Shown here: positions 26,676 through 35,269 of the stretch, piece after piece
How the letters are laid out: each line of letters starts with the position of its first letter
Position numbering within the stretch: the first letter of the stretch is position 1
From: Bifidobacteriaceae bacterium
GTDB taxonomy: Bacteria; Actinomycetota; Actinomycetes; Actinomycetales; WQXJ01
Length of the DNA: 64,000 nucleotides
Direction of reading: 5' to 3'
NCBI GenBank assembly: GCA_031272885.1
Contig: JAISSX010000001.1
Location: forward strand, 5,483 to 69,482
Notes under the pieces: model-generated
Seen by the model: only the letters and a program-made list of their open reading frames with translations
What the model was told of the DNA's origin: nothing
The model's database searches: none
Translations under genes and position numbers: made by a program

Positions 26676-27165
26676 TGTAGTCCCGCTCAACGAAGGCCAG
26701 CAGGCCCGCCACGCCGGCCTCGATCTGGTCAAGAGCATGCTCAAACTCGGCCTTGCCGCCGTACCAAGGGTCATCCAGGTCCAGGTCGTAGCCCTTGGGT
26801 TTAACGCCGGCGCGGTCGATGGCCTCGAACTGGCGCAGCAGCCAAACCCGGTCCGGCTGGGCGCCGCGGCGCAGCAGCGCGTTGACGTGGCCCATCGTCA
26901 TGGCTACCAGCATGTCGCTGCGGTCGATCTCGCCCTGGGTGATGCGGTGGGCGCGGTGGCGGGCGCCTGTGGGGTATCCCCTGGCCACCAGGGCCCGCAC
27001 CGCCCGGTAGTCCATCGGGTTGCCGTGCTCTTCGTCCGACACGCCCGACGACGTCACCGTCACCTGGCCGTCCAGCCCGGCCTCGGCCAGTTCGCTTTGG
27101 GCCACCACCTGGGCCATCGCGGAGCGGCAGATGTTGCCGGTGCAGACGAAGTTGATCGAAACCAT
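26659..27165 (-). CDS. low-molecular-weight protein-tyrosine phosphatase
   Basis: N-terminal FVCTGNICRSAMA (CX5RS P-loop), 168 aa, and a DP motif near the C-terminus. Confidence 0.88.
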   Translation of the reverse strand: MVSINFVCTGNICRSAMAQVVAQSELAEAGLDGQVTVTSSGVSDEEHGNPMDYRAVRALVARGYPTGARHRAHRITQGEIDRSDMLVAMTMGHVNALLRRGAQPDRVWLLRQFEAIDRAGVKPKGYDLDLDDPWYGGKAEFEHALDQIEAGVAGLLAFVERDYIDLPG

Positions 27166-27212
27166 CCCCCCATTGTGCCCGAGGGGGTGTGGCGGGCACG
27201 TAACATGGCCTC

Positions 27213-28313
27213 ATGGCTAAAGCGCCCTCGGACAAGCCGAAGAAGAGATTCCGTCCCCTCAGGATCGTGGTCAAGACCATCTGCGGCCTCGTGGTGCTGG
27301 TGGTAGTGGCCGTGGGGCTATTCCTGGGTTGGGCCACTGCGGTCGAATACGCACCGCGCTCGGTTGAGCACCTGTCGGTCACCGGTGAGGCCGTGGCCGG
27401 GGCGCAACTCGCCGCCGGCGGCACGGTTGAGGTGCTGACCTGGAACATCGGCTACGCCGGCTTGGGTGCGGAACAGGACTTCTTCATGGACGGCGGCACC
27501 ATGGTGCAGCCGGAAAGCCAGGCGGACGTTGAGCGGTACATGGCCGGCATCCTGGCGACCTTGGAGGCCAACCCGGCCCAGATCTACCTGCTGCAGGAAG
27601 TCGATACCGATTCGAAGCGGTCATTCGGCCTCAACGAGCAAGAACAGATCGCCGAGGCCATTACTGGCCTGACAGCCTTTGCCTACAACTTCAAGTCCGC
27701 CTACACGCCCTACCCTTGGCCCCCCATCGGCAAGGTCAACAGCGGCATCATGACCATCTCTTCCTTCGCCGTCTCGCAGCCGCAGCGGATCGCCCTGCCG
27801 GTGCCGTTCAAGTGGCCGGTCAAACTGTTCAACCTGAAGCGCTGCCTGCTGGTGGAACGCATCCCGGTGGATGACGGCGGCTACCTGGTGGTGATCAACG
27901 TGCACCTGGAGGCCTATTCCGACCCTGAGGGGCGGGCCGCCCAGATGAAGCAGCTGGTGGAACTGGCCCACCAGGAATACGAGGACGGCAACTACGTCAT
28001 CATCGGTGGCGATTTCAACCAGACTCTGCCGGGCTTCGACTTCCCCACCATCTCGACCAACTGGGAGCCGGGCGTTTTCGACGCCGAGGCCCTGGGCGAG
28101 GGCTGGACGGTGGCGGATGACCCGAACGTGCCGACCTCACGGCTGAACGACAAGCCCTATTCCGGTAGTTGGGACGACACCCAACTGCTCGGCATCGACG
28201 GCTTCATTCTGAGCCCCAACGTGGAAGCGATTTACACCCGCGGCATCGACCAAGAGTTCGCCTACTCGGACCACAACCCGGTCATATTGAAGGCCCGGTT
28301 GCTGAAGGACTAG
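27213..28313 (+). CDS. membrane-anchored endonuclease/exonuclease/phosphatase (EEP) family protein
   Basis: N-terminal TM helix, then EEP motifs (VLTWNIGYAG, LLQEVD, NVHLEAY, GGDFNQT, SDHNPV). Confidence 0.8.
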   Translation: MAKAPSDKPKKRFRPLRIVVKTICGLVVLVVVAVGLFLGWATAVEYAPRSVEHLSVTGEAVAGAQLAAGGTVEVLTWNIGYAGLGAEQDFFMDGGTMVQPESQADVERYMAGILATLEANPAQIYLLQEVDTDSKRSFGLNEQEQIAEAITGLTAFAYNFKSAYTPYPWPPIGKVNSGIMTISSFAVSQPQRIALPVPFKWPVKLFNLKRCLLVERIPVDDGGYLVVINVHLEAYSDPEGRAAQMKQLVELAHQEYEDGNYVIIGGDFNQTLPGFDFPTISTNWEPGVFDAEALGEGWTVADDPNVPTSRLNDKPYSGSWDDTQLLGIDGFILSPNVEAIYTRGIDQEFAYSDHNPVILKARLLKD

Positions 28314-28337
28314 CCCCTGTGGGTGGGCTCGCCACGA

Positions 28338-28414
<77 letters not shown>

Positions 28415-28433
28415 TGAAACCCAAGAGAGTCTA

Positions 28434-28832
28434 CTAGATGTCGCTCGGCCGTCCGCGCAGCCGGTCCAACTGGCGGCGTTGCGCCTTGGTGGGCCGGCCT
28501 GAGCCCCGGTCCCGCACCGCAATCGGCACCGCGAAAGTCGTGTCCTTGGGCGGGGGTGGCGGCGAATGGTCCTCGTACGCCAGGGCCGCCAGCGGCGCCC
28601 CCACCCGTTTGACCAGCAGTTGCTGCACGATGACGATCCGTTCCCGAGTGACGCCACGCACGTGGACTTCGTCCCCCACACCCACTAGCGAGGCCGGCTT
28701 GACCTTGTCCGAGTTGACGCGCACATGTCCCGCCTTGCAGGCCTGGGCCGCGGCCGTGCGGGACGGGAACAGCCGAACCGCCCACAACCACGAATCGACC
28801 CGCACCCGGGCTGCCGCCTCCGCTGCCTCCAT
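28434..28832 (-). CDS. S4-domain RNA-binding protein (Hsp15/HslR-like)
   Basis: VRVDSWLWAVRLFPSRTAAAQACKAGHVRVN S4 fold signature. 132 aa. Confidence 0.78.
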   Translation of the reverse strand: MEAAEAAARVRVDSWLWAVRLFPSRTAAAQACKAGHVRVNSDKVKPASLVGVGDEVHVRGVTRERIVIVQQLLVKRVGAPLAALAYEDHSPPPPPKDTTFAVPIAVRDRGSGRPTKAQRRQLDRLRGRPSDI

Positions 28833-28882
28833 GTGACCATTTCACCACGCCCTGGTGACGTCTAGGACGTAGGCTTGGCGGC

Positions 28883-29698
28883 ATGACGACAACACTGGGC
28901 TTTATCGGCGCGGGCAACATGGCCGGCGCCATCGTGCGGGGCGTGGTGCGGTCCGGCCTGGTGCCGGCCGGCCAGATCGGGGCCTTCGACCCCAATGACG
29001 CCGCCCTGCAGCACCTCACCGAAGAGACCGGCATCGTGCCCTTCGCCGGCAACCTGGACCTAGTGGCCGATGCCGCCACCGTGGTTCTGGCGGTCAAACC
29101 TCACCTGGTACCCGGGGTACTTGAGCAGGTGGGCGGCCTGCTACAAGAAAGGAAGCCCTTGGTCGTGTCGATTGCGGCCGGCGTGACACTGGCCCATCTG
29201 GAAGGCTGGCTGAGCCCTGCCACGCCGATTGTGCGGGTCATGCCAAACCTGAACGTGGCGGTTGGGCAAGGCATGGCGGCGGTCACCGCCAACCAGGCCG
29301 CCACCAGCGACCAGGTTGAGCAAGTGCTGGCCCTGTTCCGCGCCGTGGGCCAGGCCATCGAGGTGGAGGAACGCCTGTTCCCGGCCTTCACCGCCATCGC
29401 CGGGTCCAGCCCGGCCTGGACCTTCCTCTACATCGACGCGCTGGCGCGCGGCGCCCTGGCGGCGGGTATGACCAAAGCCCAGGCCCGCGAGGCCGCCACC
29501 CAGGCGGTGCTCGGTTCCGCGGCCATGTTGGCGGCCAGTTCCGATCATGCCTGGGAGCTGATCGACCGGGTCAGTTCGCCCGGCGGCACCACCGTGGCGG
29601 GGCTCAACGCCCTAGAGGCCAAGGGCTTCTCATCCGCGGTGATCGCGGCCGTCCAGGCCACCATTGCCCGCGAGGCCGAGTTGCGCACCGGTTCGTGA
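28883..29698 (+). CDS. proC: pyrroline-5-carboxylate reductase
   Basis: LGFIGAGNMAGAIV Rossmann N-terminus and C-terminal SPGGTT motif. 271 aa. Confidence 0.9.
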   Translation: MTTTLGFIGAGNMAGAIVRGVVRSGLVPAGQIGAFDPNDAALQHLTEETGIVPFAGNLDLVADAATVVLAVKPHLVPGVLEQVGGLLQERKPLVVSIAAGVTLAHLEGWLSPATPIVRVMPNLNVAVGQGMAAVTANQAATSDQVEQVLALFRAVGQAIEVEERLFPAFTAIAGSSPAWTFLYIDALARGALAAGMTKAQAREAATQAVLGSAAMLAASSDHAWELIDRVSSPGGTTVAGLNALEAKGFSSAVIAAVQATIAREAELRTGS

Positions 29699-29743
29699 TC
29701 CCCCGGCGGCCGCGGCGGCGCGAGGGCGGCTGGGTAGTACGAG

Positions 29744-29860
29744 GTTACAGGGGACGGTTCCGCGTTACAGGGGACGGTTCCGTGTAACATGGTAAGGCTA
29801 GGCTCCACCATGTTACGCGGAGCCGTCCCCGGTAACGCGGAGCCGTCCCCTGTAACGCGG
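29744..29860. repeat. second copy of the palindromic GTTACAGGGGACGGTTCC element
   Basis: Left arm is GTTACAGGGGACGGTTCC x2 (starting at 29744 and 29764), followed by GTGTAACATGG. Central loop of about 15 nt. Right arm CCATGTTACGCGGAGCCGTCCCCGGTAACGCGGAGCCGTCCCCTGTAAC is an imperfect reverse complement. Lies between convergent proC and the DUF4349 gene. Confidence 0.85.
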
Positions 29861-30817
29861 TCAGTTGGTCGGCGTTTGGGAGACCGGTTGCGGCTGAGTC
29901 TGCGGGAACATCCGCGCTAACCGCTCCCGGCGCCGGCGGCGCAGGCCGCGCGCCACCAAGCAGGGCGCCAAGACCACAACCGCGATCAGCGGCAGCCAGG
30001 GCAGCAGGGTGCCAGCCACCCGGCTCAGATCAGTCAGGAAGCCGAGCAGTCCGTTCCAGCCACGCTCCAGGCCACCCACGAAGCCGGTACGGGTGGGTTT
30101 CGGGGTGTCGACCGCCACGGGCCTGATCGTCAGGTTGATGGTCGACAACCCCACCTTGTCGGCTAAATAGGTGCGCTGCGCCTTGAGCGAGTCCAACTCG
30201 CCCTGGCGAGTGGTGATGGTGGACTCCAACTCGAGCAAATCATCCAAACCGGCCGATTCCCCCATCAGTTCTTCCAGACGGTCAATCGACGTCTCCAGAG
30301 ATTCGATGCGGGCCTGGAGGTCCAACACTTGGGTGGTGACATCTTCGGCCGTTTCGGACCAGGACTGCACCTCGGCCAACTCCTTCAGTTGGTTCTCTAC
30401 GCGCGCAAACTGATCCACTGGTACCCGCAGGGTGGCCTCGGCTCGGGTCTGCAACTGGTCGTTGACGCTGTACACCGAGGCGTTGTCGGTCTTGCCGCCG
30501 GCCGCCGCCACTACCGCCTTGGCCTGCTCGAACACGGCCGCCGGGTCATCGGCGATCAGGTACAAGGTGCCGGTCTTGATAATCTCGGCCTCATTCACTA
30601 CGGCCTGGGCAGCCACGCCATCGGCCGTACCACTGGTGTCGTAGCCGCCGGCGTCGTAGGCGGACTCGCTGTCATAGGCGGCGGAATCACCGTAGTCTGG
30701 GGCCGGTGCTCCCCCGCTGCTGGTATCGCCCTTGTTCGAACTGGCGCTGCAGGCCACCAGACCCAGCGCCACCACACCAACCGCCAAACCCATACCAACC
30801 CGCGTCAACCGTCGCAT
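29861..30817 (-). CDS. DUF4349-like lipoprotein
   Basis: Lipoprotein signal (GLVACS lipobox), a central coiled-coil-like region and a C-terminal TM helix plus basic tail, as recalled for DUF4349. Confidence 0.65.
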   Translation of the reverse strand: MRRLTRVGMGLAVGVVALGLVACSASSNKGDTSSGGAPAPDYGDSAAYDSESAYDAGGYDTSGTADGVAAQAVVNEAEIIKTGTLYLIADDPAAVFEQAKAVVAAAGGKTDNASVYSVNDQLQTRAEATLRVPVDQFARVENQLKELAEVQSWSETAEDVTTQVLDLQARIESLETSIDRLEELMGESAGLDDLLELESTITTRQGELDSLKAQRTYLADKVGLSTINLTIRPVAVDTPKPTRTGFVGGLERGWNGLLGFLTDLSRVAGTLLPWLPLIAVVVLAPCLVARGLRRRRRERLARMFPQTQPQPVSQTPTN

Positions 30818-30942
30818 CTTGCCACTCCATCCGAGAACCGTGTGGGCCGCCCGGCCGGGCTGCCCCTGACACCCTTGTCATGCGGTTGGCGGACTGGGAC
30901 TTTACGGCCGCAAGATAACGATTTGGCAACGATAATGGAGGC

Positions 30943-31803
30943 ATGATCCCCACCGACTCCCCCCTTGTGACCGTCGCCGACCTGCGTGGCCTGGCCCAAC
31001 TGGGCGGCCCCGGCCCCGAGTCCCTGCGTGTCCGCCTGCTGGATGTCCGCTGGCAGTTGGGCCGTGATGATGGCTTCAAGATCTACCGCGACGGCCACAT
31101 TCCCGGCGCCGTCTTCGTCAACCTGGATCACGAACTGGCCGGCCCGCCCAGCCCCGCCGAAGGCCGCCACCCCATCCCTTCCCTCGACACACTGCGCACC
31201 GCCGCCCAGCGTTGGGGGCTGCAGCCCGGCCAGCCGGTGGTGGCCTATGACGGCGACGGCAACTATGCCGCCGCCCGCCTCTGGTGGCTACTGCGAGACG
31301 CCGGGTTCACGGACGTCCACCTGCTCGATGGCGCCTTGCCGGCCTGGGTAGCGGCCGGCTACCCGCTGCAGCGCGGCGCGGTGGATGTGCCGCCCGGCAC
31401 CGCCCAGTTGGGTCCGTGGGGCCACATGCCGCGGCTCACCATCGACCAGGCGGCCACCTTTGCCGTCGATGGCGGGTTGCTGCTGGACGCCCGGGCACCG
31501 GAGCGCTTCCGCGGCGAAGTGGAACCGGTCGATCCGAAGGCGGGCCACATTCCCGGCGCCATCAGCGCTCCGACCGGTGAGAACCTGACCTCGGATGGCC
31601 ACTTCCTGGAGCCGGCCCAATTGGCAGCCCGGTTCCGGGCCCTAGGGGTAACGGAAGACCGCCCGGTCGGTTCCTACTGCGGCTCTGGCGTGACCGCCGC
31701 CCACCAGGTGTTCGCCCTGGAGTTGGCCGGCTTCAAGGCTGCCCTCTACCCGGGCTCGTGGTCGCAGTGGTCCAACACCGACCGCCCGGTCGCCACTACC
31801 TGA
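30943..31803 (+). CDS. tandem-rhodanese sulfurtransferase
   Basis: 286 aa with two rhodanese-like halves, GHIPGA in each and the active-site loop YCGSGVTA. Confidence 0.85.
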   Translation: MIPTDSPLVTVADLRGLAQLGGPGPESLRVRLLDVRWQLGRDDGFKIYRDGHIPGAVFVNLDHELAGPPSPAEGRHPIPSLDTLRTAAQRWGLQPGQPVVAYDGDGNYAAARLWWLLRDAGFTDVHLLDGALPAWVAAGYPLQRGAVDVPPGTAQLGPWGHMPRLTIDQAATFAVDGGLLLDARAPERFRGEVEPVDPKAGHIPGAISAPTGENLTSDGHFLEPAQLAARFRALGVTEDRPVGSYCGSGVTAAHQVFALELAGFKAALYPGSWSQWSNTDRPVATT

Positions 31804-31873
31804 TCCCCACGCGGTGCCCTTTCCCACCGCACACGGTCTCCCGTGCTCCCGGACGCCAGCTATTTCTGGTCAT

Positions 31874-31910
31874 CCCGGACCTGATCCGGGATCTACCCAT
31901 CTCGCGAGAG
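31874..31910 (+). repeat. fragmentary or chimeric piece of the MITE-like families
   Basis: CCCGGACCTGATCCGGGATCT matches the copy A interior with 1 mismatch over 21 bp. It is followed 6 bp later by CTCGCGAGAG, the start of the family-2 TIR. Confidence 0.6.
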
Positions 31911-31914
31911 CGGC

Positions 31915-33063
31915 TCAGGGCACGAGGGCAGGCTCGGGCTGGCCGGCTTCGTGGCGCGGCGCCCGCGCCGGGCGGGAATCGAGAAGCGCCTGCCGGCCCA
32001 GCACACCCGGCAGGCCACGCCCACGAGCGGTCAACGGCAGCGCCGCCAGGCAGACGAAGGCCAACGCCCCGGCGAAACCGGCCGTAGGCAGCAACTGCAG
32101 CAGACAGACCCCGCCCATGCCGGCCAGCAGGCGAACCAAACGCCGGCCGAAACCGGTCGGGACGACATCGTCGGAGCCTTCGGGTATATAGATCAGCCTG
32201 GTCGCCTGGTCCCCCAGCGTGCCACCGGTGACAAACACCAGGCAGGCTTGCAAGGCGAACGCTGCCAGCCAACCCGCGTCCCGTGACAGCACCGGATTCA
32301 ACTGGTCCCAGGCTCGCTGCAGCCCGTACACCTGGAAAGCCTGCAGGCCGATCGACACCACGCCCATCACCACTGCGCAACCGAAGCCGTCGCACACCAT
32401 CGCCACCAGGCGCCGCCACTTGGTGACCGGCGCCGCCACGTCGGGCCGCGGTGGCACGCCATCGGCCGTACCCGCCGCCTCAAGGCGCGACCGGAAGGCG
32501 GGCACCAGCCAGGCCGCTACCGAACCAACCACGGCGCCGGCCGTATTGGCCAGCAAGTCATCGACATCGAACACCCGGTAGGAGCAGGGGTACAGGCCCC
32601 AGACGCCGGTCAACTGGGTCAACTCGACCAGGGCGGACAACCCGAAGCCGGCGCCGGCCGCCACCAGCCAGCCGCGCCGGCCCAGCGCCCGCACCAGGAA
32701 ACCCAGCGGCATGAACAGCACCACGTTCAGCCCTACTTGCAGCAGCACCGGGTTGTGCACCAAGGTCGCCACCCCGCTGTGGGGGTAGTGCAGGAAGTCA
32801 CGCACAAACTCGAACGGCCGCAGGTTGGCGCGGGTGCATTCGATCTTGCCCGGCTCTGGGAACGGCACCAAGGTGTAGGCCCACAGGCCGAAGCCGTACA
32901 CCACTGCGGCGGCCCACCCGAGGGCCCGCCAACCGGTGATCCGCCCCCGGTGGCGATAGCTGACGGCAACGAACGGTACGAACAAGATGGCGCAGACCAC
33001 CGCACCGGCCAGGACGGCCAGCAGGGCGGGCATCAAGCGACTAGACATAGGCAGGATTGTCAC
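31915..33063 (-). CDS. VanZ-like membrane protein with an additional C-terminal membrane domain (possibly RDD-like)
   Basis: The N-terminal half has the VanZ pattern (LNVVLFMPLGFL, VELTQL, FDVDDLLANTAGAVVG). The C-terminal half has further TM helices. Confidence 0.7.
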   Translation of the reverse strand: MTILPMSSRLMPALLAVLAGAVVCAILFVPFVAVSYRHRGRITGWRALGWAAAVVYGFGLWAYTLVPFPEPGKIECTRANLRPFEFVRDFLHYPHSGVATLVHNPVLLQVGLNVVLFMPLGFLVRALGRRGWLVAAGAGFGLSALVELTQLTGVWGLYPCSYRVFDVDDLLANTAGAVVGSVAAWLVPAFRSRLEAAGTADGVPPRPDVAAPVTKWRRLVAMVCDGFGCAVVMGVVSIGLQAFQVYGLQRAWDQLNPVLSRDAGWLAAFALQACLVFVTGGTLGDQATRLIYIPEGSDDVVPTGFGRRLVRLLAGMGGVCLLQLLPTAGFAGALAFVCLAALPLTARGRGLPGVLGRQALLDSRPARAPRHEAGQPEPALVP

Positions 33064-33203
33064 ACCGCCGCAGCCGCCAAGCCCGGGATTCTGCCCCCTT
33101 TGTGGCCGTTCTCACACGCCGAGTCCCTCCGCGCGGCCTCGCCCGGCTGATCCCCGGGCCTGATCCAGGACTCGCTACCGTCTCCGATGGCGTCCGCCCC
33201 GGC

Positions 33204-33343
33204 GATCCGGAGAGACTTCCGGTAGTCAGCCAGGCCCAATACGACGATCCGGAGAGACTTCCGGTAGTCCTGGAGCCCGATCCGGTCAGGTGGAGAGAGT
33301 TTCGGTAGTTCTGGAGCGCCAGAACTACCGAAAGTCTCTCCGC
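33204..33343. repeat. 25-bp direct repeat x2 plus a related 23-bp hairpin
   Basis: CGATCCGGAGAGACTTCCGGTAGTC occurs at 33204-33228 and 33245-33269. A third, diverged copy GGAGAGAGTTTCGGTAGTTCTGG (about 33293-33315) pairs with CCAGAACTACCGAAAGTCTCTCC (about 33319-33341) with 1 mismatch. Confidence 0.85.
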
Positions 33344-33494
33344 TTCGGGTTTGGGTGCGTCTGGTTGCCGGGGTGGCGCTGGCGGCGGTGCTTCTTGCCC
33401 GCCCTTGGCTCCCCCATGCGTCGACAAGCGTGCGCCCCTTCAACCACAGACACCAATGTCATCAGATGACACGGCGAAGGCGCGGGCCCTGACC

Positions 33495-33783
33495 GCATCG
33501 AGTCCGCCTGACTCGGTGTTTCGACCCATCGAATCCGCCTTTTTCGGTGGGGTTTTCCACCGAATCCATCAAATCTGGCTCCACCCGGCCCCACTGCCAG
33601 GACGAAACCCCAGGTCAGCGGGTTGGGGCGACATTGGGCAACACCAGAACTGGCGGACTCGACGCCAAACCCCACCAGATCCAGCGGATTCGATGACCAG
33701 AGACGCCAGAATTGACGGATCCGATGACTGACGACGCCAAGAATGGCGGACTCGATGGGTTCAACCGACCGAACAGATTGATG
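33495..33783. repeat. two opposed arrays of a 13-bp motif (GGCGGAYTCGATG) phased at 31 bp
   Basis: Complement-orientation copies start at 33495, 33526 and 33557. Forward copies start at 33651, 33682, 33713 and 33744, with a partial copy at about 33772. The spacing is exactly 31 bp within each array (offset by 1 bp at the third forward copy) and is not a multiple of 3. Confidence 0.85.
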
Positions 33784-34036
33784 GGGACCCTAACTGCTTC
33801 CTTCGGGCACATTTTGGTCGTGAAGGAACGGTTCCGGGTGCCGTCAGCGCCGATGGCGCAGCGCCGGGAATTGCGTCTCGCCTGGTCAGGCGCTTGGGTC
33901 GCTGCTCCCACGATAGGTGATGCTGCCCCACCAGACGGCCCCGGGCCGGGCCGAGTGACCAAAAAGTGCGCGAAGGTTCCATGCGAGAGGCAGAGCCCAG
34001 GTCAAACCCGGATCGGAATGAGCCGGCGCTGGCGCC

Positions 34037-35269
34037 TCACAGGGCCGCGGCCAAACAGCGCGCCAGGGCCGGTGTCCCCCCAGCCCCCAGCGACACCTGT
34101 CCCAAGCCCTGCCAGGCGGCCAGCGACTCCAGTTCGGCGGCCAGGTGGGGGGCGACATCGGCCGCATCTTGGCCGGCCTCCAGCCAGGCGGCGGGTACCA
34201 GCAGCCGCCCGGCCGCCCGGTCCGCCTTGACATCCACCCGCGCCACCATCTGCTCGCCCAGCAGAAATGGCATCACGTAATAGCCGTAGACCCGTTGCTT
34301 GACGGGCAGGTAGTACTCCAGGCGGTAGTGCAGGCCGAACAGCGCCTCCAGGCGGGCGCGGTGAAACACCATTTGGTCGAAGGGCGACAGCAAAGTCCTT
34401 GCCGCAACACTGCGCGGCCGGGCCGCCGCCGGGTGCAGGAAATAGGGCTGTGGTTGTCCGGTCACCTTGGCCGGTACCAGCCGGCCCTGTTTCACCAGGC
34501 GCCCGATGGCGTCCCTGGCCGGGGTTTGCGGCAGCCGGAAGTAGTCCGCCAGCGAGCCGGCCGTGGCCAGCCCGTAGACCGAAGCCGCGATCTCCACCAG
34601 CGACTCGAGCTGCCGGTCTTCGCTCAACGGCGTCTCGGCCCAGCCCGGCCCCACCACCCGTTCGGCCAGGTCATAGATGCGCTCGAAGCCGGCGGTGCGC
34701 CCGGCCGCGGTCACCTCGCCGGTGAAGAACAACCATTCGAGGGCGGCTTTGCCCACCGACCATTCCGACCACATGCCACCGCCAGTCGGTTTGGGGTGTT
34801 CGGCCTCGAACTGGGTCTGGGCCTGGCGGGCGGTTAGCGGGCCGTGGTCGGTCAGGGCGCCACGCACGGCCTCCACAATGTCCGGGTGCTCGGTGGCGGC
34901 CCGCACCATGCGGCCCCAGGCGAACCGCTCCGGGTGGGTGCGGCGCCAGCCGAACAGCGGGTACAGATCGGCCCGGAGGAACGAGGCCTCGTGGGCCCAG
35001 GTTTCAACCAAACGGTGGGGCCGGCGGCCCGTGGCCCGGTCCAACACCGCACGGTCATATGGCCCCAGCCGGGAGTAGAGCGGCAGGTAGTGGGCTCGGT
35101 CCACCGTGGCCACCGTGTCGATCTGTAGCACCGCCAGGTGGTCGATGACGCGGTGCACCTGCCGGGCCGTGACCGCCTTGGGCCGTGGTGTGGCCAGGCC
35201 TTGGGCGGCGATGGCGATGCGCCTGGCCTGGGCCAGGCTGAGGTTGAGGGGCCGAGGTACAGCCGCCAT
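34037..35269 (-). CDS. YcaQ/AlkZ-family winged-helix DNA glycosylase-like protein
   Basis: N-terminus LSLAQARRIAIAAQGL and LAVLQIDTV, with Q-I-D matching the catalytic Q-phi-D motif I recall for YcaQ. The start ATG at 35269 overlaps the upstream stop by 1 nt (TGATG); the longer track ORF is rejected. Confidence 0.72.
   Translation of the reverse strand: MAAVPRPLNLSLAQARRIAIAAQGLATPRPKAVTARQVHRVIDHLAVLQIDTVATVDRAHYLPLYSRLGPYDRAVLDRATGRRPHRLVETWAHEASFLRADLYPLFGWRRTHPERFAWGRMVRAATEHPDIVEAVRGALTDHGPLTARQAQTQFEAEHPKPTGGGMWSEWSVGKAALEWLFFTGEVTAAGRTAGFERIYDLAERVVGPGWAETPLSEDRQLESLVEIAASVYGLATAGSLADYFRLPQTPARDAIGRLVKQGRLVPAKVTGQPQPYFLHPAAARPRSVAARTLLSPFDQMVFHRARLEALFGLHYRLEYYLPVKQRVYGYYVMPFLLGEQMVARVDVKADRAAGRLLVPAAWLEAGQDAADVAPHLAAELESLAAWQGLGQVSLGAGGTPALARCLAAAL

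Noticed and set aside
33351-34230. ORFs 33351-33731 (+), 33712-34230 (+), 33325-33675 (-) and 33615-33962 (-) in the long gap.
   Set aside because: They overlap one another, have low-complexity translations, no recognisable motifs and no ribosome-binding context. The 31-bp repeat period breaks any frame.
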